A stretch of 64,000 nucleotides of DNA from Candidatus Latescibacterota bacterium (GTDB lineage: Bacteria > Latescibacterota > UBA2968 > UBA8231): assembly GCA_965206595.1 (NCBI GenBank), contig OZ242214.1, positions 6,368,001 to 6,432,000 on the forward strand, read 5' to 3'. The notes under the pieces were generated by a model. It saw only the letters and a program-made list of their open reading frames with translations. It was not told the origin of the DNA and did no database searches. This document shows positions 39,558-48,764 of the stretch, one piece after another. Made by a program: the position numbers and the translations under genes. Each line of letters begins with the position of its first letter. The stretch's first letter is position 1.

Positions 39558-40469
39558 TCACTGCTCAAGGACCTGCTGCAGCAGGTCGTACAGGCGATCG
39601 AGCTCCGCCCTGGTAATATCGTCGAGCTCGAATGAGAGGGGGCGGCGGTGATGCTGCCGGGAGAACAGACCCTGGCGATGGAGCATATGGCGACCGGCGA
39701 TTATGAAGCCGTCGAGCCCGCCCTGAAGCTGCAGGGTCGCGAGTGCGCAGATGGGAAACCAGAGGTCGTAGATCCTTTCCTCCTCCCCCGACTCCAGGGC
39801 CTGCCAGAGCGCCACCAGCCCGGCTAGCATTTCCACTCCCGGAATGGTTCCGGTTACGCCGCGGCGATGGGAGTCGATCAGGAGCACCCCGCCGCTCCCT
39901 TCGAAGATGCCGGCGCGCCCCGCGGTGCTCGCACGCAACGCAGAGATCGCCGGGCCGAGCGGGGTCGCCTCCGGTTTGAAGAGGATGCGGTCCCCGTACT
40001 GGTGAAACAGGTCGGCCTGGAACTGCACGCTCATCGGACTGCCGACGTACGAACTGGCATCTTGGACGAACATGGGAATTTCAACGGCCTCGAGAATCGC
40101 CTCGAAGTAGGCGAGCAGCTCGGTCTGCGGCAGGGCTCGCGTGACCGGCGGAAGGACCATCGTCGCCGCAGCTCCTCCCTGTTCGGCGGCACGCGCGTAG
40201 AGAACCGCCTGCGCGGTGCTCTCCGCACCGACGTTGACGATGACCGGACCCCTTCCCGCGGCGAACTTCACCAGTTCCGCCGGGAGCCGGAGACGCTCTT
40301 CCCCGGCAAGGCGCAGCAGGTCGGAAACCAGGGCGAGACAGAAGCCGTCGGCGCCGAGAGCGAAGATGTGGTCGACCTCCCTTTGCAGGGATGCGTAGTC
40401 GATCGAGAGGTCGGTGTGGTAAGGCATGCTGACGACCGGCAGGACGCCGCCGAACCCTTGCCCGGTCAC
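39558..40469 (-). CDS. Dihydrodipicolinate synthase family (class I aldolase-like) protein
   Basis: GVLPVVSMPY, PVIVNVG, MVLPP, FVQD, FKPE. Confidence 0.88.
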   Translation of the reverse strand: MTGQGFGGVLPVVSMPYHTDLSIDYASLQREVDHIFALGADGFCLALVSDLLRLAGEERLRLPAELVKFAAGRGPVIVNVGAESTAQAVLYARAAEQGGAAATMVLPPVTRALPQTELLAYFEAILEAVEIPMFVQDASSYVGSPMSVQFQADLFHQYGDRILFKPEATPLGPAISALRASTAGRAGIFEGSGGVLLIDSHRRGVTGTIPGVEMLAGLVALWQALESGEEERIYDLWFPICALATLQLQGGLDGFIIAGRHMLHRQGLFSRQHHRRPLSFELDDITRAELDRLYDLLQQVLEQ

Positions 40470-41314
40470 GGCCTTCTCCCGCCCGCCCGAACCGCGTCGT
40501 GCAGCAGCTGTTCTATTCCAGCGTTTGCGGCGGCCATGAACAGGGGGAACTTTCCCCGCCTCATGTAGGCGGGCACCCCGCCCCCCCTGACGAAGCAGCG
40601 CGCGCCCGCTTCCTCCGCTATCAACGAGGGGGGGCCTACGTCATACACCTCGACCTGGCGCGTGAGATAGGCGCACAGCTCTCCCTCGGCCAGCAGGGTG
40701 AGAACCAGGGCCGCGCCGATCGGGTGCTCGCGCGGCTCCAGTGCGGGGCGCACCAGCTCCTGGTATTGGCGCGCCTTCGACGAGACGAAAGCCGCCTTCG
40801 TCCCTGGGGTGCGCGGCAGCCGCAGCCGGCTAGGCCGGCGGTTTCCGGCCTGCACCCAGGCTCCCCGGCCGCGAATCGCGGTGAAGATCTTGCCCTCATC
40901 CGGACGGGCGACTATCGCCGCCTGCATCAGGCCGTTCCGGCACAGCCCGACGGACAGGTGATACGGTGCATCGCCGCGCTGAAAGTGCAAGGTGCCGTCG
41001 ATCGGGTCTAGGATGAGAGCGTAATCGCTGCGATTGCCGCGGAAGCGGCGCTTAAGGGCGGTGTCCTCCTCGGCTATACAGCGAATCTCCGGGTAGCGTT
41101 GCAACACCACCGCCAGGATGATCTCCTGCAGGGCGCCGTCCAGCGCCGTGAGCACGCCCGACGCCTCCTGCGCCTTCGACCCGGTGAGACTGGTGTCGGC
41201 CGCCTTTCCCAGATCGGCGACCCGGCCGTAGAAAATCAGCGACGCCTCGGCGCACTGTCGCACGACAGGCAGCAGGATATCGACGAACTCCCGTGGATCG
41301 ATCTGTCGGGACAT
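40466..41314 (-). CDS. Inositol monophosphatase family protein
   Basis: IAEE, LDPIDGT, YDVGPPSLIAEEAG. Confidence 0.9.
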   Translation of the reverse strand: MSRQIDPREFVDILLPVVRQCAEASLIFYGRVADLGKAADTSLTGSKAQEASGVLTALDGALQEIILAVVLQRYPEIRCIAEEDTALKRRFRGNRSDYALILDPIDGTLHFQRGDAPYHLSVGLCRNGLMQAAIVARPDEGKIFTAIRGRGAWVQAGNRRPSRLRLPRTPGTKAAFVSSKARQYQELVRPALEPREHPIGAALVLTLLAEGELCAYLTRQVEVYDVGPPSLIAEEAGARCFVRGGGVPAYMRRGKFPLFMAAANAGIEQLLHDAVRAGGRRP

Positions 41315-41335
41315 GGGGTTTCCTGGAACGAAACG

Positions 41336-41363
41336 GGCCCCGGAACGAAAACTCCCGGGGCCC
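41336..41363 (-). terminator. GC-rich hairpin after the Mo-hydroxylase gene
   Basis: GGGCCCCGG-N10-CCGGGGCCC, followed by GTTTCGTT on the minus strand. Confidence 0.5.
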
Positions 41364-41393
41364 CGATGAGGCAGGTTTTGCCGCGCGGGGCCG

Positions 41394-43706
41394 TCAGCCG
41401 GCCGCTTCCTGATACTGCTCCGAATGCCGCTGCAGGGCCGCCACGATCCGGTCCGGGCTCATCGGCAGTTCGCGCAGGCGGACGCCGACAGCGTCGTAGA
41501 TGGCGTTGGCGATCGCCGCCATCGGAGGAACCAGGGGAACCTCGCCGACGCCGCGGATCCCGTGCGGGCTGGCGGGGTTGTTCACTTCCACCAGTATGCA
41601 GTCGACCATCGGCAAATCGAGAGTGGTGGGCATGCGGTAGTCGAGAAAGGTCGGATTCGCCATGGTGCCGTCCTCCCCGTAGAAATACCCCTCGGTCAAA
41701 GCCCAGCCGATCCCCTGAACGACGCCGCCCTGGATCTGCCCCTCTACATACGAGGGGTGGATGGCCTTGCCGACGTCCTGGGCCGCGGTGTAGCGGAGGA
41801 TCCTGACCTTGCCAGTCTCGGGGTCGACCTCGACATCGACGGCGTGCGTCGCGAAGGCATTGCCCGGGCCCGAAGCGTTGATCGCACCGGTGCCCTCGAT
41901 AGGGCCGCCCGTCGACCCCTGCTCGGCGGCGACCTCGTTGAAAGTCAGCCCCTTGCTCGAATCCGACTTGCAGACGAAACGGCCGTTGGCGAACTCAACG
42001 TCCCCCTCCTCGACCTCCAGTTGGAGGGCGGCGCGCACGCGCATCTTTTCCTTGACGTCCTCGGCGGCGAGATAGCAGGCGTGGCCGGTTGCGTAACAGA
42101 CGCGGCTGCCACCCGTGCCGTCGGTGTAGCCGATCGAATCGGTGTCGACGACCATCGGGTTCACCTGGTCGGCGGAAAGACCGAGAGTCTCGGCCACGAT
42201 CATCGCCATGGCGGCGCGCGTGCCGCCGATGTCGGCCGAGCCTTCCTGCAAGGTCACGGTACCGTCCGTTGCCACGACGATGGTCGCTGCCGACTGCCCG
42301 CCGCCGTTGAACCAGAAACCGGAGGCAACGCCGCGGCCCTGGTTTAGACCGCCCGGGGCCGGGCTCCGGTAGTGGTCGGAACCGACGATGGAGGCGACGG
42401 TTTCCTCGCAACCGATCTCCCCGTAGACCGTGCCGTCCGCCCTGCGAGTGCCCTTGCGGGCCGAGTTCCGGTGCCGCAACTCCAGTGGGTCCATGCCGAT
42501 TTTTTCGGCGAGCTCGTCGATCACGGTCTCCGACGCGAAAGCGGCGTTCGGAGCCCCCGGGGCGCGGTAGGCACTCGACTTGGGTTTGTTGACGACGACG
42601 TCGTAGGCGTCGATGGTGACGTTCGGAATGTTGTACGGGGCGAGAATGCACTGCGAACCGGCGCCGACGGCCGAGCCGGGATAGGCGCCGGCTTCGTACA
42701 CCATGTAGCAGTGGGCGGCGACGAGGCGGCCGTCATTGGTCACCCCCATCCTGATGCGCTGGAACGACCCTGGCGCCGGCCCGGTCGCCTCGAAAACCTC
42801 GCTCCGGCTCATCAGCATCTTCACCGGGTGGCCGGTCTTGTGCGACATCACCGCGGCCGCAGGTTCCATGTAGATCGGGAATTTGCCGCCGAACCCGCCG
42901 CCGATCTCGCAGGGGATCACCTTGACCTTCGAGATCGGCAGCTGCAGCACTTCGGCAAGCTGGGCGCGAATCTGGAACGGCCCCTGGGTGCTGACCCAGA
43001 CGGTGACCGAGCCGTCTTCCTTCCAGAAGACGGTCGTGTTGTGGGGCTCGATGTAACCCTGATGAACGGTGGCAGTGTGGAACTCCCGCTCGACGACCAC
43101 GTCGGCCTGGGCAAAACCTTCCTCGAGGTCCCCCATCTTATGCTGGTTGTAGCTGGCGATGTTGCTCTTCCTTCCCGAATCCTCCCCCAGGGACTGGGTA
43201 TTGCGGTTATCGTCGAGCAGGGGCGCCCCCTCTTCCATCGCTTTGCGCACGTCGACTACGGCCGGCAGGGGTTCGTACTCGACCTCGATCAGGGCAAGTG
43301 CCTCTTCTGCGATGTGCGGGCTCGTCGCCGCGACCGCGGCGACCGCATGGCCCTTGTAGAGCACCTTGTCCGATGCCAGGCTGTTCTGGGCGATCTCGCG
43401 GATGTTGACTAGGGTTTCCCCTATGTCGGACAGCTTGTCGACGGTCTCGACGAGATCGTCGGCGGTGGCGACGGCCCGGACCCCTTCAACCTCGAGGGCC
43501 CTGCTCGTATCGATGGAAAGGATGCGCGCGTGGGCGTGGGGGCTGCGAAGCACCTTTCCGTAGAGCGTGTCGGGAAGCCTCACATCCGCTCCGTAGACCG
43601 CGCGGCCGGTCACCTTGTCGTGGCCGTCATGGCGGACAGGACGGGTACCGATGACCTTGTACTTGCCGTCGCTGGTGTAGTCGGGATAATGCGGTTTCGT
43701 TGCCAT
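41394..43706 (-). CDS. Xanthine dehydrogenase family molybdopterin-binding subunit
   Basis: KVTGRAVY, RSPHAHA, STQGP, IGGGFGGK, AYRAPG, EGQIQGG, RGVGE. Confidence 0.95.
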   Translation of the reverse strand: MATKPHYPDYTSDGKYKVIGTRPVRHDGHDKVTGRAVYGADVRLPDTLYGKVLRSPHAHARILSIDTSRALEVEGVRAVATADDLVETVDKLSDIGETLVNIREIAQNSLASDKVLYKGHAVAAVAATSPHIAEEALALIEVEYEPLPAVVDVRKAMEEGAPLLDDNRNTQSLGEDSGRKSNIASYNQHKMGDLEEGFAQADVVVEREFHTATVHQGYIEPHNTTVFWKEDGSVTVWVSTQGPFQIRAQLAEVLQLPISKVKVIPCEIGGGFGGKFPIYMEPAAAVMSHKTGHPVKMLMSRSEVFEATGPAPGSFQRIRMGVTNDGRLVAAHCYMVYEAGAYPGSAVGAGSQCILAPYNIPNVTIDAYDVVVNKPKSSAYRAPGAPNAAFASETVIDELAEKIGMDPLELRHRNSARKGTRRADGTVYGEIGCEETVASIVGSDHYRSPAPGGLNQGRGVASGFWFNGGGQSAATIVVATDGTVTLQEGSADIGGTRAAMAMIVAETLGLSADQVNPMVVDTDSIGYTDGTGGSRVCYATGHACYLAAEDVKEKMRVRAALQLEVEEGDVEFANGRFVCKSDSSKGLTFNEVAAEQGSTGGPIEGTGAINASGPGNAFATHAVDVEVDPETGKVRILRYTAAQDVGKAIHPSYVEGQIQGGVVQGIGWALTEGYFYGEDGTMANPTFLDYRMPTTLDLPMVDCILVEVNNPASPHGIRGVGEVPLVPPMAAIANAIYDAVGVRLRELPMSPDRIVAALQRHSEQYQEAAG

Positions 43707-43739
43707 GTCGTTCTCTTTCTCGCCGATGGCTGGTTTATA

Positions 43740-43824
43740 TGGTGCGGAAGCGGGGATTCGAACCCCGACGCCCGAAGGCACTGCCCCCTCAAGACAGCGT
43801 GTCTACCAATTCCACCACTTCCGC
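43740..43824 (-). tRNA. tRNA-Leu(GAG)
   Basis: GCGGAAGTGGTGGAATTGGTAGACACG CTGTC-TTGAGGG-GGCAG, long variable arm, GGTTCGAATCCCCGCTTCCGCACCA. Confidence 0.97.
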
Positions 43825-43851
43825 ACGATTCCGAAATCCTCCGGGGATTGG

Positions 43852-44256
43852 CTACTCCTGCGAGCCCTCGCCCCCCGCCGTCTCCACGGCCTCGGTTACG
43901 CCCCCGAGCACAGACGGATTCTCGACCTCCTCACCGACGGTTTCCTGGAAATTCGGGAGTTGGCTCTGTGGCACCCCACCCTCCTGCAGCATTCTTTCGG
44001 TAGCCGTCATCGGCTGCTCGTCGGAGCTGCTCCACATGAACGACTGCACGAGGCAGCTTACCAGAAAAGCGGTGGCGAGCGCACTGGTCGTTTTGGAGAG
44101 AAAGGTCGCTGCAGTGCGGCCCCCGAGAACCGAAGACGAACTCAACCCTCCTCCCACGGAGGCGGCCAGGCCGCCGCCTTTGCCCGATTGCATGAGCACG
44201 GCAACGACGAGGAGGATGGCGATCAGAACGTGAAGAATCGTGAGCAGGACAATCAT
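43852..44256 (-). CDS. secG: Preprotein translocase subunit SecG
   Basis: VLMQSGKGGGLA; tpiA-secG-tRNA-Leu synteny. Confidence 0.95.
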   Translation of the reverse strand: MIVLLTILHVLIAILLVVAVLMQSGKGGGLAASVGGGLSSSSVLGGRTAATFLSKTTSALATAFLVSCLVQSFMWSSSDEQPMTATERMLQEGGVPQSQLPNFQETVGEEVENPSVLGGVTEAVETAGGEGSQE

Positions 44257-44260
44257 GGCG

Positions 44261-45022
<762 letters not shown>

Positions 45023-45105
45023 GGACGGGACCTACCGCTGTCTTGCGACAGGCTGTGCTGGTTCCTGCGCTCGCAATTCCGCGTGAATTCGGCCGCCGCT
45101 GCATC

Positions 45106-45235
45106 TTGAGGGGAAATCGCTGTTCGATCCAATCCAGTTCATCTGTGGACTTTTCCCCTCAATCCCGGCTCACTGCGTTGCTTTCGCTCGCCGTACACCC
45201 CCGGTACGGCTCGTTCAGGCGCCTTGCGAGCCGGG
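45106..45235. repeat. Nested palindromic REP/MITE-like element between pgk and tpiA
   Basis: TTGAGGGGAAA/TTTCCCCTCAA (45106-45162), then CCCGGCTC...TGCGTTG...GCCGTAC/GTACGGC...GCGCCTTG...GAGCCGGG (45164-45235). Confidence 0.55.
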
Positions 45236-45300
45236 CGCTTCGACGAAAGGACGCAGTTGGTCCTCGCCCTCGTTCGTACGCTTACTTACGCCCGCAGATA

Positions 45301-46500
45301 CTAGGCATCTGAAAGGGCTGCCGCTCCCGGCAGCTCGAAACCGGCGAGGCATTCGAGCGAAGCGCCCCCCCCGGTAGAGACGTGGGTCATGCGGTCGGCT
45401 ACCCCGGCCTGCGCCACCGCGGCCGCGGTATCCCCTCCTCCGATGATGGTCACCGCGCCTGATTCCCAGCCGGCCCGTTCCAGGCAGCGGGCCATCGAGA
45501 GCGTAGCGTTCGCGAACGGCTCTACCTCGAAAACACCAAGGGGTCCGTTCCAGACGACCGTGCCCGCCTTGCTTGCCCGGTCTTCGAACAGAGAGCTCGT
45601 TTCCGGTCCTACATCCAGCCCTTGCAGGCCTTCCGGGATGGCGTCGGCGGCGACCACCTCGGTATCGACACCCGCAACGATGCGGCCGGCTACGACGAGG
45701 TCCACCGGCAGCAGCAGCTCGACGCCACTGCTTTCCGCTTGGCGCAGCAGCTCGACGGCCACCACCACGGAAGCCGGGTCGAACAGGGAGTCGCCGATCT
45801 CAAGACCCCGTGCTTTGAGAAAGGTGTAGGACATGCCTCCGCCAATGAGCAGAGTATCCACCTTGGCCATCAGGTTGCGGACCACCTCGATCTTGTCAAC
45901 CACCTTGGCACCCCCCAGGATAGCGACAAAAGGCCTTTGGGGATCGGCGATGGCGTCCTGGAGGTACTGCAACTCCTTTTTCATCAGGTAGCCGCTGATT
46001 GCCTCGTCGAAGAAATGGGTTACTCCCTCCGTGGAAGCGTGGGCGCGATGGGCGGCGCCGAATGCGTCGTTGACGTAGAGATCCCCGAGGCCGGCCAGCT
46101 GCCCCGCGAAGTCGGGGTCGTTCTCCTCTTCTTCGGGGTGGAAGCGCAGGTTTTCCAGCAGGATCACCTGCCCAGGCTTGAGGTCCGCGGCCATGCGCCG
46201 CGTTTCTTCGCCGATGCAGTCCGGCGCCAGGTGGACCGAGGTTCCCAGCAGCTGATGCAACAGGCTGGCCACCGGGGCGAGCGTGAGGTCGGGCCGGTGC
46301 TGTCCCCTGGGGCGGCCGAGGTGGGACATGAGCACGAGCGAGGCCCCCTTTTCCAGAAGATGCCACAGGGTCGGCAGCGCCGCCTTCACGCGCGTGTCGT
46401 CGGTAATGTTGCGGTCGGCGTCTATCGGCACGTTGAAATCTACACGCACCAGAACGCACTTGCCTGCTACATCGACGTCGTCAATCGTTTTTTTCGGCAT
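45301..46500 (-). CDS. pgk: Phosphoglycerate kinase
   Basis: RVDFNVP, SHLGRP, LENLRF, NDAFG, WNGPLG, STGGGASLE. Confidence 0.98.
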   Translation of the reverse strand: MPKKTIDDVDVAGKCVLVRVDFNVPIDADRNITDDTRVKAALPTLWHLLEKGASLVLMSHLGRPRGQHRPDLTLAPVASLLHQLLGTSVHLAPDCIGEETRRMAADLKPGQVILLENLRFHPEEEENDPDFAGQLAGLGDLYVNDAFGAAHRAHASTEGVTHFFDEAISGYLMKKELQYLQDAIADPQRPFVAILGGAKVVDKIEVVRNLMAKVDTLLIGGGMSYTFLKARGLEIGDSLFDPASVVVAVELLRQAESSGVELLLPVDLVVAGRIVAGVDTEVVAADAIPEGLQGLDVGPETSSLFEDRASKAGTVVWNGPLGVFEVEPFANATLSMARCLERAGWESGAVTIIGGGDTAAAVAQAGVADRMTHVSTGGGASLECLAGFELPGAAALSDA

Positions 46501-46563
46501 GGGCTGTCTCCGCGGGCTTCTGCCCGGCCTTGCCATTAAAAAACAGTGTCCGCATTCGCTGAG

Positions 46564-47482
46564 TCACCCGAAAAAAACTCGCGCGATGTCGAAAAGATCC
46601 TCACCTACCATCTTCAGCTCTCCGATCCCTTCCCCGAGGGGGATGGGCACGACCTCATTCCCCTGCAGGCTCACCATCTTGCCGAAGTCGGCGGCGGCGA
46701 CCAGGTCTATGGCGGCGATTCCGAACCGGGTTCCCAGAACGCGATCGAAAGCCGTCGGGGTGCCGCCGCGCTGCAAATGACCCAGAACGATAACCCTGGT
46801 TTCGTAGCCTGTCCGCTTTGCGATCTCCTCCCCCACCAGATGTCCCACCCCGCCCAGTTTCAGGTGGCCGAACTCGTCCCTGCCCCGCGATGAAACCACG
46901 TGGTCGTCCGTTCCCTCGATCTTCACTCCCTCCGCAACCACGACGATGCTGAAGTCCTTCCCGCGCTCGTGGCGCTTCTGAATCGACGCGACGATCTCGG
47001 TGATCGAGTACGCCTGCTCGGGAATCAGGATCATGTCCGCTCCCCCGGCGATGCCGGCGTGGACGGCGATCCAGCCGCTGTGCCTTCCCATCACTTCGAC
47101 GACCATCACCCTGTTGTGGGATTCGGCTGTCGTGTGAATGCGATCCAGCGCCTCGGTGACGATGTTGACCGCGGTGTCGAAACCGAAGGTGTAGTCCGTT
47201 TTGCTGATGTCGTTGTCAATCGTCTTGGGGACCCCGACCACGGGAGCATCCATCTCCGTGAGCTGGTGTGCGACCGTAAGGGTATCGTCCCCCCCTATGG
47301 CGATCAGGGCGTCGAGTTTCATGCGCTTGATGTTTTCGACGACGATATCGCCGCCATCGGGATCCTTGAACGGGGCGGTACCCGTACTCGACGATACCTT
47401 TGCGGACCGCGGCGCGAATGACGGCATTGAGTCCGGGACAGTCGCCACCACCGGTAAGAATTCCGACGGTCTTTTTCGGCAA
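46564..47482 (-). pseudogene. pfkA: 6-phosphofructokinase with an internal out-of-frame deletion at about 47375
   Basis: GILTGGGDCPGLNAVIR...GIVEYGYR joined in a different frame to PFKD..IGGDDT, PKTIDND, EVMGR, LGHLQRGG. The segment carrying GGTILG(T/S)SR is missing. Confidence 0.85.
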
Positions 47483-47669
47483 TTTCCACTCCTGTTTCTG
47501 CAAAATGCGTGGGAAATCCGCCCCGGTAGCGAGCCCCTTCTCCGATGGGTTTCCTCTCCTTCAGGAGGGGGCGAGAGATCCTCTGCCCGTCGCGCCCCGC
47601 CGCAGCAGGCCGGCCCCTCGATGGCCCTCGGAAAACCGCTGTCCGGCAGGGCGATGCGAGGGAGCGGCA

Positions 47670-47698
47670 ATTCTATCTCGCCCTATGGGTAACGTCAA
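47670..47698 (-). promoter_or_regulatory. Sigma70-type promoter of pfkA-pgk-tpiA-secG
   Basis: TTGACG-17-TAGAAT. Confidence 0.72.
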
Positions 47699-47712
47699 GA
47701 CGGACGGGACTT

Positions 47713-48525
47713 TCAGGCTTCTTTCAGAGGTGCCGAAGCGAGCGCCAGGACGACCACGGAAGCCCCCCGTGCGGCGAGGGATTCCGCGCATGCCCCGATT
47801 GTCGAGCCGGTCGTTATCACATCGTCGACCAGGCCCGCGACAACCCCTCGAGGGAGGTCGGATGCCGCGAATGCGGAGCTGAGGTTTTTCACGCGTTCCG
47901 CCGCCGTCAATTTCGCCTGCTGACGAGTCGCCACGACCCTCCTGACCTTGTCAGCGGCGACCGGCTTGCCGCTTGCCGCGGCGATGCCGCGCGCAATGAG
48001 CAGGCTCTGGTTGAACCCGCGTTCGCGCAGCCGGGTCGGGTGAAGCGGCACCGGGACCAGCAGGTCGATGCATCCGAGCTCCACGAACCCGGGCAGTGAT
48101 GCCAGGTGCATGCCCAGCTCCACCGCCAGCCTGCGATTGCCGGCGAACTTGATCGCATGGACGGCCTCCCTCAGGGCGCCTGCGAACGGCCCCAGCACCA
48201 GGGCGCGCTCGATCACCGGAGGCCAGTTCCGGCACTGGGAACAGTTGTTCAGGGAAGAACCGGGGTCACCTGGCAACGCCCCGGTCCGCGCACGAACGCC
48301 ACTGCAGCGAGGACACCGGTTCGGAAGCGGCTGGACGATCTCATCGCGGCAGGAAGGACACAGGGCCCGTTCCACCGAAACGACGGGTTCCCGGCAGACT
48401 GCGCAGTGCGGCGGGTAGACGAAATCGAGGAGACACCTGGCGCCGGCGCGAAGAGTGTGTGCGATCCGCGTCGCCTCCGTTTCCAATGGGTCGCATTCAT
48501 GGGCGGCGGGGGAGTTGCTGGCCAT
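47713..48525 (-). CDS. ComF family protein (double zinc ribbon + phosphoribosyltransferase)
   Basis: YPPHCAVC, CPRC, VPVPLH..RLRERGFNQS, LVDDVITTGST. Confidence 0.93.
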   Translation of the reverse strand: MASNSPAAHECDPLETEATRIAHTLRAGARCLLDFVYPPHCAVCREPVVSVERALCPSCRDEIVQPLPNRCPRCSGVRARTGALPGDPGSSLNNCSQCRNWPPVIERALVLGPFAGALREAVHAIKFAGNRRLAVELGMHLASLPGFVELGCIDLLVPVPLHPTRLRERGFNQSLLIARGIAAASGKPVAADKVRRVVATRQQAKLTAAERVKNLSSAFAASDLPRGVVAGLVDDVITTGSTIGACAESLAARGASVVVLALASAPLKEA

Positions 48526-48764
48526 GGTGGCGGGATCGCATCAACAACCGTGCCCGCCGGGAATTCCGCGCCGCCTGGCTCCCTCCCACACCGAACCGAC
48601 ACGGAGTGACTTTACCAGGAATTCTTCTTCTCCTCCTCCCGTCGCCGCCTGAGTCCGGGGTTTTTTAGGTAGCTGCATGCAATTGACGCCGATGTCGCAG
48701 GACCATTATGCTCTTCCACTCCGCATCCCACTCACCACCCCGAAGTCACCCGCGAGCAACCAGC

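Noticed and set aside
41394-43706. Aerobic CO dehydrogenase CoxL
   Set aside because: The active-site loop is AYRAPG, and no coxS/coxM are adjacent.
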